Source: Selaginella moellendorffii
Lineage: Eukaryota > Plantae > Lycopodiophyta
Assembly (NCBI RefSeq): GCF_000143415.4
Contig: NW_003314328.1
Span: 1,020,774-1,081,329 of the forward strand
Direction of reading: 5' to 3'
Length of the DNA: 60,556 bases
How positions within the stretch are numbered: the first letter of the stretch is position 1; every line of letters starts with the position of its first letter. The translations under genes were made by a program, and so were the position numbers. The notes beneath the pieces are model-generated. The model was not told where the DNA came from and did no database searches. It worked only from the letters and a program-made list of their open reading frames with translations. Of this stretch, positions 40,230-51,900 are shown piece after piece.

Positions 40230-40375
40230 TTTAGTATATTCTTTTTTATTCTATCATCTAATGGTTGATATGCAATAAGATTAATCTCATGTTTATAAAT
40301 TACAAACATGCTTATAATTATAAACTTTATTTGATTATTAAACAAACCAAGCGATGCAACACGTGGCAATTTATT
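40230..40375. repeat. AT-rich dispersed repeat, copy 1
   Basis: CATCTAATGGTTGATATGCAATAA...TGTTTATAAATTA.AAACATG..ATAATTATAAA recurs at ~46870-47045. Confidence 0.75.
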
Positions 40376-40757
40376 ACAAGATTACATCAAAGCTTTCAAG
40401 TTGGACCATCTCTCCTTGGAACTAACAAGAAACGCAACACACAAAACTGCAGTTTGGAGCAGCAAGCTGGTGGTGCTCCAAAATCCTTGCAGACTTTGCT
40501 GGATTGAAGCATCTGGAGCAGCCCATGCTTCATCTCCTATTGCCAAGATGAAACAAAAGAGCTCTCTCCTTTTCAATGGAAGTGGGGGCCAGCCTGATGC
40601 TGCAGAGCAGTTGATATCCCGCCAATGGTGGACCATCATCAAGGCTTTTTGTGCGGCTCCTCCGCAGAAAAAGAATTTGTAAGAGCAATTTTTTATATTT
40701 TTTTTAATTCACACATTAGCAGATTTACATGGTCCTTATGTAAGAGCAACATCATTT

Positions 40758-41708
40758 TTATAAATATTTCTTTATCCACTCATGTTCGAGGACCTTTTCC
40801 AAAGCAAACCTCCTTCCGGGATCCAATTCTGTCATGCCTTGGATAAGCTGCCTTGCAGAAAGGGATGGAATGCTATCCCAATCCATAGAATTGTGATGGA
40901 GGTTCTTTAAACTTCGATCTCGCTTGCGTGCATTCTTAAATACCACCTCCACATCCATATTTGGGAATGGACAAGTTGCCGTGAGACAAGTGTAAAGCAG
41001 CATCCCTAAGCCCCACACATCGCTGGCTGTGATATAGCGCCTATCGAGCATCGCTTCGGGGGACATATAATCCCACGTCTCAGCCCCACGCTCGTTCCAC
41101 AGATCCTCCATCCAGCAAGCCATCCCAAAGTCGGACACCTTTGGGACATAGAACTTCCCAGGCCGCGGGTACTTCAGCAAAACATTCGCGGGCTTCAGGT
41201 CGCAGTGGATGATCTCGTTGTCATGAACCCTCTTTAGCGTCTTGGCAAGAGCTATGACGATCTTTGCAGATTCTTCCTCATCAAGCTGCCCCTTGTACTT
41301 GATCCGGTCCTGAAGGCTGCAATTGCACAGCTCAAGAACAAGGTGGTACACCTCCCCGTACTGATTGGGCTCTTCTCGTATGAGCTGCTCGAAGTGGACG
41401 AGCCCCTGCTCATCGAGACCCTTGAGTGACACCTCCAGCATAGCCATCAGCCGAGCTTCAAACAGCCCATCGGGCCCATGGACTGTCTTGATCACAAAAA
41501 CCTTCCCATCACTCCTTCAGAATGCCTTGTACACCGTCGCTTGCCCTCCACCCCCAATCGATTTCTCTAGTTTATATTTCTCTACCAGTGCTGGGTGTTC
41601 CTCACAGAGTTTCTCATCCAGGACTGTGTGGTATTCCATCCCTTGCTTAGGTTTCTTGTGGACACAATTCTTCAAATTATGCTCGCACTCATGCTCACGT
41701 TTAACCAT
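40758..41708 (-). pseudogene. Intronless CAMK-like Ser/Thr kinase with one in-frame TGA
   Basis: IGGGGQATVYKAF*RSDGKVFVIK, LVLELC, IIHCDLKPANVLL, VSDFG, YMSPE, SDVWGLG and VLEHEWI all lie in one frame. The stop is at 41517-41519. Confidence 0.85.
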
Positions 41709-41799
41709 CTCGAATGAGCTCTAGGGCTTGTTTGTAAAGACAGAATCTTAGTTTAAGCATCTTTTATTTTAAAGGTATCATGTTTAAGTGAACATTTCC

Positions 41800-42760
41800 T
41801 GGAATGCCAAATGAGAAACTCTCGGCGATGGGATTGAGAACCCACGGGACGGTATTGGTTCTGGGATACGCTCAAACCGGCAGGAAGATTTGGCTCTCGA
41901 GCTCTTCTCGCAGATGGAAGCTGCTATGATCAATCCAGATTGCTCGAGTTTTCTCATGGCTATCAAAACTTGCTCTAGTCTGGCTGCGCGAGAGGAGATT
42001 GATGCGTCGTTGGCTGTGAAGATCAAGAGCTTGAAACGAGCTTTGGCGATTCACTCTCATGCATCAAACTCTCGCGGCTTCAAGTTGGAGGCGTCGTTTG
42101 CCATACACTTGGCAAACGCGATGGTGGACTTGTATGGCAAGTGTGAAAGTCTAGAAGATGCTCGCAGGGTGTTTGATTCGATGGAGCAGCACGACATCGT
42201 TTCCTGGACATCGATCATCACAGGCTATGCTCACGAGAGCCAAGATGGAGACGAAGCTTTCCTTCTCTTCTCTTCCATGCAAGAACAAGGATTTAAACCC
42301 GATCGTTTAGCTTGTCTCGCCGCTATCAAGGCTTGTAGCGTAATCACCGAGAAGAAAATGGGATTTAGACGTAGAATCTCAAGAAAGCAATGAAAATCCA
42401 CTCGTGGATCTCGCAGCTTGGCCTGGAGAGAGATCCAGCAGTCTGGTTGATATGTATGCCAAGTGTGGAAGCTTGATCATGGACGCTCGCAGGGTATTTG
42501 ATAAAATCTTAGATCGCGACATAGTCTTGTCTTGTGGAACTCTTTCCTGTTTGGATGTGTTTACATTGGCGAGGACGAGCTTGCGTTGGAATGCTATGCA
42601 GCCCTGGAAGTTGCTCCAAACTCTCAAACCTTTCTTGCGTTGTTGCAAGTTTGCAGGAACCTGGGAGATTTGAAGCTCGGGAAGCTCTTCCACGCACAGA
42701 TTCTCCGGCAGGGACTGGAAGGGAGTTCTGTGGGGATTTCCCTGCTTGTGTTGCGGACCA
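41800..42760 (+). pseudogene. PLS-class PPR pseudogene fragment
   Basis: ALELFSQME..., NAMVDLYGKCESLEDARRVFDSMEQHDIVSWTSII and SSLVDMYAKCGSL..ARRVFD, with frameshifts. Confidence 0.8.
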
Positions 42761-43067
42761 CATAGAAATCGCTTCCTGCTTCCTGATGTTGTCAATCTTT
42801 CCATCACTTTCTTTTCTCCAGGTCCGAATCACAGCGAAAAGTGGAGCTACCTCTCTGATACAATGGCAGCAATCGGTGGTGGCTTTGCGAAACCTTTGTG
42901 GCAAAAATTCAATGTGAGAGCTTGGCAAGAGCTTGTTGACAACACCAAGCTTGCTCTCGAGCTCGGTGACTGTGTAAACTCGCTGGTAGCCGCAAAACCA
43001 AGGCTCTCAAGACTCCAACAGGGATCACCCCTTCAAAGATTGTTTGGCGCGAATCCTCAAATATACA

Positions 43068-43271
43068 TCAAAGTTTTTTCTCAAGTGCATCTTTTCCTAC
43101 TCGCATGCTCCGAAATGCTTGGAACGCAGCGATGGCGTCTCCTCGAGCGCCACGTCCTGCAATCAAAGTATTCCATGCCACAGTGTTGGGAGACGCAATG
43201 GAGCTCTCAAACACAAGCTCGGCGACCTCGACGCTCCCGCATTTACAGTAGAAGTCGAGACTACATATCAC
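43068..43271 (-). pseudogene. Inverted PPR motif fragment
   Basis: LDFYCKCGSVEVAELVFESS...VAWNTLIAG...AFQAFRSMR. Confidence 0.65.
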
Positions 43272-44369
43272 CTAGTCTGCAGTGAAGGAAAAAGAGAAAG
43301 ATCTCATACTTATGTGCAAGATTCAGCCATTCCAACTTGTCCACAAATCATACAGTTGCATCCTATCACAACATTATGTCCAATCTACATGCAAAGAAGC
43401 CAAGAGTAAGCAGTGCTTAAGAAAAGAAAATGTTTCTCAAACGTGAACCAAGTTGTCAAGCTTCACCTTATCCCAGATGACTGTATCACACCAGCTGATG
43501 ATTAGTCTAGGGCAAATGAGACTTCAGAAAAAGAACGAGCCACTTTTGCTACCTCTCAGGGTCGAGGATGAATTGGCACTCACTGCTTCCAATCTTTATC
43601 AGCAATTCCTAAGAAAAAAACATTGTTTGTCGTTGCATTGCTTTTATTATTTATAATAAATCAGTGCTTGGAAAATTTGGTACTTTTCCTAAACAAGATA
43701 TTGTTTCAGAATGTTTATAAATTCTAAATATGTTATAGTTCGTTAGATTGACGGTTTGCTCAAAAGTAATTTGTATGTTCAATTACATTCTTTTCTATTT
43801 TTAATTTCTTTTTCTTTCCATTCATTGTTACGATCAAAACTCTTGATCATAGTTTCACATCTACGTGTACAAAAAAAGCTGGACGCCACTTGCGAGCAAA
43901 TGCTTGGTCATCGACTTGAGGCAGGAGACCAAGCAGCTCAAGGCACAGTTGAGTTAGTTCCTTTCATTTCTTTAGATGTACAGTATTTCTAGAGGATGCT
44001 CGGAGCATCTTCGTGGAGATAGAGCAGCCGAACAAGGTTGCATCATATCTAGAGTTGTGGGTTTCGACTAATGCTCTGGCTAAATGCTATTCCAGGACGA
44101 GCTATATGGTAATTCCGGTTGAGTTGGACCGTTTGCCTTGAGGACCTCATTTCAGTTGAATTCGTTAGGGTTTGGTTGCAGGTTTATCATTTGGGAATGG
44201 CGGGATCATGAATGTGCCGAGGTAAAAGTAGATTTGGAAGCGCGAGATTTCTCTCTGGATCCAGGAATTTTGAGAGTCAGGCCGAAATGGAGAAGATTTG
44301 GTGTCTCGGCTGCATTTTCTTGCGCCGGCGTCTCATTCCACGCGACGTTGCATCACAGCGATGTGCTAT

Positions 44370-46350
44370 TGACGACTGATGTGCATTGGTACACACAGAC
44401 TCTGGATCACTACGTGACTCAAGTGAGAAGTTTTCTTTCTTTTTCCTTTGAGAGATTGGATTTTTACGTGCTCGATCTTTGCAGGACGATGGAACTTTTG
44501 CTCACCGTTACTATGAGTTTACTGACTACTTCGATGCTCAAGATGTGTGGTGAGGGACCGTGTGTAGGGATCCAAAACGATTACAGTGCGGTAAGAAAAG
44601 CATTTTTTCTCGACTGAATTGGATCGCTTTTCTTACCCGTGGTGTCAAGGTGCTAGTGAAAAGATTAGGAGCCACGATTGTTTCTCTAGAACACCAATGC
44701 TATGGACAAAGCTCGCCATTCAAATCTCACGTGACAGAGAACTTGATTTTCCAAGCAGGCTCTTTTCGATCTTGCAGCGTTTTGTGAATATTACCAGGTG
44801 AACAGCTATTTTATAGTTTCACGGCTTGAATAGATAAAAGAGTCGGCTATAAAAAGGAGGGACATAAATGCGAACATCAATACTTATGATCAAAAGCACT
44901 TGAAAGAAAAGTTGGCTGCAGGAGATCTTTCGAGTAAGTCTAACGTTGAGATTGTGTTTTTGTTGATAGCCTGCATGTAGGTGATAGGTACCAAGTGTGC
45001 ACCGAATTGGCATACTTTCAAGCAGCGCCTGCCAACAATAGCATTCGCTCTGCTCTCATCAATGTCAAATACATAAGCACAAGCATTGTTGGTCCCGACT
45101 GCGTTTGGCCGAAATCCCGACTGCCGCTGAATGCTGTCGGACAGCCCCGTTCGGTGATTCCGTTTGGCAATCGTGCTCGCAAGGGCTAGATTAACGATGC
45201 TGCTGCGGCTAGGTTATCGCCATCGCCACTGCATCTCCACCGCTTTGCTGTTCTCCTGCTGTTATGGAGTGATCCATCCATCCACAGCAAGCCTACATTG
45301 AATCTGACCAAGAGGGCTATAGCCTATAGGAGTTGCATGCGTACTGAGCTAGGGTGACACTCTCCAGTTGGTCGGCCTCCGCTTTCGATTGAGCGTGGAG
45401 CAGCTCACTAAGGCCTTGCAAATCGCTCAGTCCTCTGTGACACTTGAACTGTAATTTTGCCCTCAAATGGAAATTACAATTCCAGAGATTTGATTCTAGT
45501 GATTTTAGCGGTTCTAGCAATTTTTCATGTTCAGAACCAAGCTTGCCAAATGTTTATGGAGCAAATCGCAAATGCCCTTTTGTTTTTACCTTCTACAGCA
45601 AATTTATAGAGTAAGCATTTTGATGGGGCATTTGCTTTTGGAGCTAATACACAAAGTATTAGTCAATCTCAGCCTATGAGTGTTTTTATAGGCCATGAGG
45701 GATCATTTGTTGGTCAAAAGTGAATGCAAAATAGCAACATTAGGGAAATGTTTGATGATGCAAGAAACATGAACTTAAATGATGCGATATCAAAGTTTAT
45801 TTTCTTGAATGCTATACCATTTAATGTTGTGAAAATCTTATATTTTCATGTAATGATTGGAACTGTTTGTAGTGCCGGACCTAGTTTTACTAAAAATGTT
45901 TTTTTTTTAATCAAAAAAACTTTGTGAACCATTCGGCCGTTCGGCATTTTTTCAGCCGGTCAATAACCACGGTCGGCCGGTCGGCCAATCGGTATTCAGA
46001 ACAATCAGGACCAATCTTGAGTTGCACAAGCGGTATCATCTTATCCCATGTCCTAATACTTGTGTAGGGCGGGTGCCATTTGGATTTACGCTCCAACGTC
46101 TTCGAGAACGGCACATTCCCAGAAGTCGATAGCACGAACCTTTACTACGGGGGAAACAAGATCCCTGATGTTGTCCATCATTCGAGATAAGATTTTGTTT
46201 ATAAACGGTTCCCAAGATCCTTGGTGTCATGCCTCCAAGCAAACTTCTTCGCTTAATGGTAAGAGAGCCATCATAAGCTATGTCGTCTCAAATCTGCAAT
46301 TGCAGAGCCCGCATATGTGACAAAATGTCAAAACTGCGCTCATGGAGTTG
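44370..46350 (+). pseudogene. Serine carboxypeptidase S28 (EDA2-like) pseudogene, centre missing
   Basis: N-terminal exons: WYTQTLDHY, RYYEFTDYFD, CGEGPCVGIQNDY, GATIVSLEHQCYGQSSPF, KQALFDLAAF. C-terminal exons: KILFINGSQDPWCHAS and CQNCAHGVD. The middle is replaced by unrelated DNA. Confidence 0.82.
45560..45995 (+). mobile_element. hAT-type (DUF659-like) transposase relic
   Basis: DAISKFIFLNAIPFNVVK..YFHVMIGTVCSAGPSF resembles the plant hAT motif I..FFY..GIPFN...SPYF..M...V...GPGF. It is followed by a CGG/CCG-rich subterminal-like tract at 45930-45995. No TIR pair was identified. Confidence 0.6.
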
Positions 46351-46869
46351 ATGTGTGAGGCTGTCTGCAGAGTATCGGAGTAAACCCATGGATTTCATTT
46401 AATCAAGACGATGGCTGAGGGGCACTCTTCCTAGTGGCTTTGAGGATGGCACTGGGACCTCTATTGCCTAGGCTGCATCCAAACTCTCCCTAACTTTCGA
46501 AGTGGTGAACAAAAGTTTTTGGGTGAGGCCATGATGGAGAGTGTGGTAAGTTGAGGAGGAAAGACTAAGAAATCATGCAAAAGATTGGAAGGAAGAAGAG
46601 GAGAGAGGGAAGAGGACAAAGCACCTCTCTCTATGTGATTTTTAGGACTGTGGAGTCCCAAAGGACTTTAAACATGATCAGAGGGATGGAGCTCAGCATG
46701 GATGGCTTGAACTCAATGGACTTGGACACTCACTATCACTAGCTAAGTTTTGTGGAGCATTATTGTAGCATTCCCATACCTTTTTAGCATTTAATTTTTA
46801 CCATTGATTTTTGGTTTGCTTAAGCAAATTTGTTATTCATTGTTTATAATTTATATATCGTTTTAAGCA

Positions 46870-47045
46870 CTTTCTAGTATATTTGTTTTTATTTTACCAT
46901 CTAATGGTTGATATGCAATAAAATTCATCTTGTGTTTATAAATTATAAACATGTTGATAATTATAAATTTTTATTTAATCAATTGGATTAATAAGTAAGA
47001 ATAACATTACTATTAAGCAAACCAAATGTTGCTATATGCAACATG
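46870..47045. repeat. AT-rich dispersed repeat, copy 2
   Basis: Similar to 40230-40375. Confidence 0.75.
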
Positions 47046-47366
47046 TAACAGATTTTTACTATTTTATATAAAAACACAATAAAATATCCCTCAAACCATT
47101 TTACAAAATTATTAAAGGCATTAAATTGCATTTGTGAGGTTCAAGTGTACAATTACATTGCCATATACTAATATTAGAGTAGTGGGATTTTGATAACTAT
47201 TAGATTAGTTTCAATATTCATTTCTATATATAAACTAGGGTTTTTGGGTTAATATATTTCTATATTCCATTTTTATATTTTATGCACTCACATTGATGGA
47301 GGTGATGTGTAATTTTGATTGTCCATGAGAAGGATTTTGGTTTAGATCTAATTTTTATATAGTCTA

Positions 47367-47727
47367 TATCAAGACCCTCAACAAGATCAAGATTGGAAAA
47401 TGCAAAAGACAAAGAGAAAAGATAGAGAAGATGAAGAAGAGACCTTAGACTGGTGTTAATTCAAATTGTGGAGAAATGGAACAAAGCTAACCTATATATA
47501 CTATAGGTTGATGAAGCTCCACCACTCTTGGATCGAAGACGGCCTAAATATAGTTGAGGCCGAGGAGGCGCCACGTCATCATCAGGAATGTGGCTCGAGA
47601 CTTAGGAATCGTACGGGAAATCAAAGAGTCAGGAATAGGGAAGTGTCTCGAGAGTCAGGAATGTGATCTGCAGGTCAAGAATCCGGCAAGAGTCAGGAAT
47701 GTGGCAAGAATTGGGGGATTCCTAACA
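47367..47727 (-). repeat. 3' LTR of the outer chromovirus
   Basis: TA(mutated TG)...AACA on the + strand, with internal TCAGGAAT repeats. Adjacent to the PPT. Confidence 0.93.
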
Positions 47728-47838
47728 GCACCCCCTCCTCAAGAACAAGTGGAACGAGGATGTGAATGAGAACGAAGAGGAGGATGAGATGGGTGGTGAG
47801 GGACGGGAGATGGAGAAAAAGAATGAGGATTGGGACGA

Positions 47839-48982
47839 TGTAGCGCACGTGGTTTTGACCCTTTATCCTATGGTGATTTACTATAGGATAACACCACGAA
47901 GCAGAACCTAAACCCTCTTTGTGCTACGTGACAGATGCCACGTGTCACATGCCACGTGTCCATGCCACGTGTCCACAGGAACCCGAGGTTCAGGGCCTTG
48001 GGCCACTGAACGAAGGAACGGTGCCAAACTCCCAAGCGTGAAGCCAAAGAGTGATGGAACCGAACCACGAAACAACTCCCAAGCATAAAGCCCAAGGAGC
48101 GAAGGGACAGGGGCCCGGAGCAACTTGGAACAGTCCTAGAGTAACCAGCATCCCAATGCCAGGACCAGCACGCAAAACGGAGCCAAACGGAGTCTGGCGC
48201 TATTTCGGCATACCGGTGGCCTAACGCGAGGACATGGGTACTCCACCAACTAGCATGGAATGGAACTTGGGCTTAGACCCAAGCCGGACGCAGAACAAGG
48301 ACAGGCACGCAAGCGGGAGCTAGACTATGCCTCAGGTTGGTCGGCCATGCCCGACCTACCCACTATCCCTACTATACATTTGGAACCCCCCACAGCCCCC
48401 CCGCCTTGAGGAACACACGCTTTGGGCTTTCACCCCAAGCCTCCCTTAGTATCAGGAGTTAGTCTCTGGGACAAGCTCGAAACTTACTAAATATGGAATG
48501 TCCTTAGATTGCGAATTTGGACACGGGACGAACACCATTGTGTTCAGGACAATCTCTACATTGCGTAGATATGCCAAATGAGCAAATCTAGACACTTTCC
48601 ATAAATAGCATTTGGGACCGAATTGAGACTAACACAAAGGGCATGATAGCGAGGGTGTTTGGCAGACACGGTAAGCTATCATCCGGCGATATTGAGGGAC
48701 CAATCTCAATACGCGAGGGTTCTTGTCAAGCCAGTGCAAGACAAAGCAAAAGAGAACTAAGAGCCAGGCCGAGTATGCTCAGCTAGAAACACATAGGAGT
48801 TCCTACCTTATGTCCATCTGGCTAAGTACAGGTGCTAAGCCCAGTAAACTAACACTTGAACAAGAGGGGCTGATAAAAGGAACCAGCAATACCGACCTCC
48901 TGCCATCGTGGCAGTAAGGTAAGAGTGTCCGTAAGGACTAGCCAACAAATAACTTTTGATACCTGAAGTCACATTCGCGACA
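47839..48982 (-). repeat. 3' LTR of the nested element (1144 bp)
   Basis: Differs from the 5' LTR by about 11 transitions and one extra 13-bp CATGCCACGTGTC unit. Confidence 0.93.
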
Positions 48983-51900
48983 CTCTCCCCCCCTTGGGAA
49001 GATCGACGTCCTCGTCGATGCATACTCGAGTCTAGAATACCGCCAAGGAAACAACTCCAGAGAAAGTTCACGATATTCACACTATGTGAGAAATGCACCA
49101 ACTTAAATGAGTTAGGGGGCAACCTCTTTGTCTAACGTGGATGCGCTACCAGCTCAGACACCTTCCGGCCGTCACCGACAAGGAAATGACCAACGGAGTC
49201 AGCCACCCTTGCTGCTCTAGGAGTCACCCAGCTTACAAAAGTGTGATATGCCCCTGCCTGCAGGAACATAGAGAGAGAAGCCAGAGGCCCCAACCCTCCT
49301 AAGCAAAGAAACCAAACCCGTCGGTAAGGTTTAAATAGACTACTGTAAACAGGCAGTTAGAGTTGTTTACACGGTCACGCCCTTTTAACGAAACAAGGAA
49401 CATCGACAGAGAGGCGGGTTATGTGACCAGTCGACAGTAGCTACCCCATGACTAGAGATTTCAACATGCACACGAAGTGCCGAAGCCAGTCTGCCTATAC
49501 TGGCCCAAACTCAAAGATTAATAGATGGACAATATCAAAGTCATAGACAATGATATCTTAGAGACGTAATTATCAGTGACTATATCTTAGATTAGAACAC
49601 AAAAGTATTCCAAGAAAGTTATCATCTGATAAACCAGTATAATAGTGCAGGAACCACCAAGATCATCAAAACTGGTAAACATAGGATTCACCATCCAACA
49701 AAATTCAATAGCAAGTATGTCATCAAGGAAACTCAATGATAAAACTTAACTACCGAAGATAGCAGACAGTAAGCCAAACAACTTACCAAAGAAAACTCAA
49801 AGAACACAAAGTATCATTGACTGACAAGCACAATGCTCGCGAATGTATCACCCAAAGGAAATAACATCCCAATCTATCAAAACTAACTCGAGCAATAATC
49901 AACAGAACAGAATGAATGCAGTAAGATCAATAAACACTCACTTCTGCCGACTATCACAAAAGCCAATCTGAATAGATCCCAGCCAACAATACCAAGGAAC
50001 TCAAGTTGCCTAAGCAAGTGTCAGCAACATCCTACTGATGTCTCAAACCCAAGAGACCAATCCAGAGCAAACCACAAAGAACATGCAGTATTGCGAAAAG
50101 CCAAAAGCTATCAAAGAGAACAACTAACCATCATAAAAGATCATCAATTATCCCATCAAAAAGATATGCCAAATCATCGTCAAGCAAGAATCTACCATCC
50201 CGAAGAATAGCAAATAATTCCAGACCAACAATAATCAAGCAAAAGAAGGATAATGAACTACTTAGATGATAGTCAATTATCACCAATGATTGCTAGATGC
50301 AAAAACCAACTTCAACATTGAAGCTAATGAGCCAAAATGCATTCCCTAACAACTTCTAACAAATGGAACAATGAGCATAAACTCAAAGAACCAAAAGCTC
50401 AAAGAAGTCTATAGCCAAGTCATGCCTAGCAATGATCACGAGTCTCGCATGAACTAACTTCAATGTTAAGAAGAAAATCATGGTATAATCCATAATATCC
50501 TCTTCAACACATCCATAAGCTAAACTTCAGAATGCAAAGCTAATGAAGAGCATATCTGCATCAATCCAAAAGCTAAGCATAACGAAGCTATGCTCAACAA
50601 GTGATCACCAAACAATCCTCCATGAATCCATCTATAGCAAGACGTAACTCACTTCATAACAAGCACAAGAAGAATCATCAATGATTGATATATTTCAACT
50701 AAAATCCCATAAAGATTTAAATATTCCAATATCGATCACTAACTCTCCCACTTGTAGAGTTAGCATAGTCCATGATTGAATCACTTTTCAAGGAAAAGCC
50801 AAAGCTCAACCCCTACTAAACAATCTCGTCTAGAACACAACTAACCCAACTTGCCACTCAGTTCATTTGAACGTCAATACAGTTGCTAACTAGCAATTGC
50901 ACAAATGCTAATAACACAAAGCTACAACCAAATCATCAACACTATCTCTATTGAAACTAATGAAACTCAATATCAATCCTAAGGATAGACATCTCATCTC
51001 ACTTGAATCCCAACATCAATAATATTAATGACAAAGCATCACTTCAATGCCATCAACACCATAACAAAGCTAGAAGAAAGCAAGAGTGAATCACCACTCA
51101 AAACTCTCTAGCAACTAAGCTAACCAAAGTCAAAGATACTATACTTAGTATCCAAGACCAATCCTTCAACAATACTCAGCTACAGATAACACATCATCAA
51201 GGAGTGATTCACCACGTCCAAGACTCAATGAAATCCAACACTACGAACCAAACGCAACCAAATGATATTGACAGAAGTAGAGTCGATATGCCAACATGGA
51301 AAACCCATGTAAGTCTAATGACACGATCCTCCGCAACACCATCCGGTAAGGCAAACCCATCACTGCTAAGTCATCATCGAGTGAAGCAAGTGTTAACGGT
51401 CCTTGAAAAAGTCTACAAGCGATCACTAGTTGCAAAGCAACCAACAATCACCTTTCAACTCACCTTCACAAGACCCAAACACTAAACTCACGTCATCGAG
51501 TCATACACTTGTCCAACATGAACATGATACCTCCGGTATGAGATAAAAGTTCATAAACAAGCACAAACCAAATGACCACTCGAATCCAACTCAACTGCAA
51601 TAAGCTCACCAAGGCATTTAGCCACTAGCTCTGAGCATGCCTTGAAGAGGCTAGCTATGCATGATCAATACTTAGCCGAAATTAAAGTGAAGACCATGAG
51701 ATGAACTCATATCGGTACACAACCTCCTCATAGACAAAGCTATAGTATGGGTACTAACATCTCAACCTTAACAACTAAGTTGGACATCACCTTCCTCAGC
51801 CAAGGCGCAGGACCACCAAGACCAAGTCAAGATCAGTGAGAGCTCACTACTCTCATAGAGTCTAATGAAATGCAAGGTGCAACCTGCCACCAAGCATAAT

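Noticed and set aside
41517-41519. Selenocysteine or programmed readthrough at the kinase TGA
   Set aside because: Land plants lack the Sec machinery and the position is not a Cys-type site. A CGA>TGA mutation is simpler.
44810-45995. Complete hAT element with TIRs inside the S28 pseudogene
   Set aside because: No matching terminal inverted repeats or 8-bp TSD could be found. Only the transposase relic is reported.
47578-47720. Regularly spaced TCAGGAAT repeats resembling a CRISPR-like array
   Set aside because: The repeats are only ~8 nt, lie inside both LTRs of a eukaryotic retrotransposon, and have no cas genes nearby.
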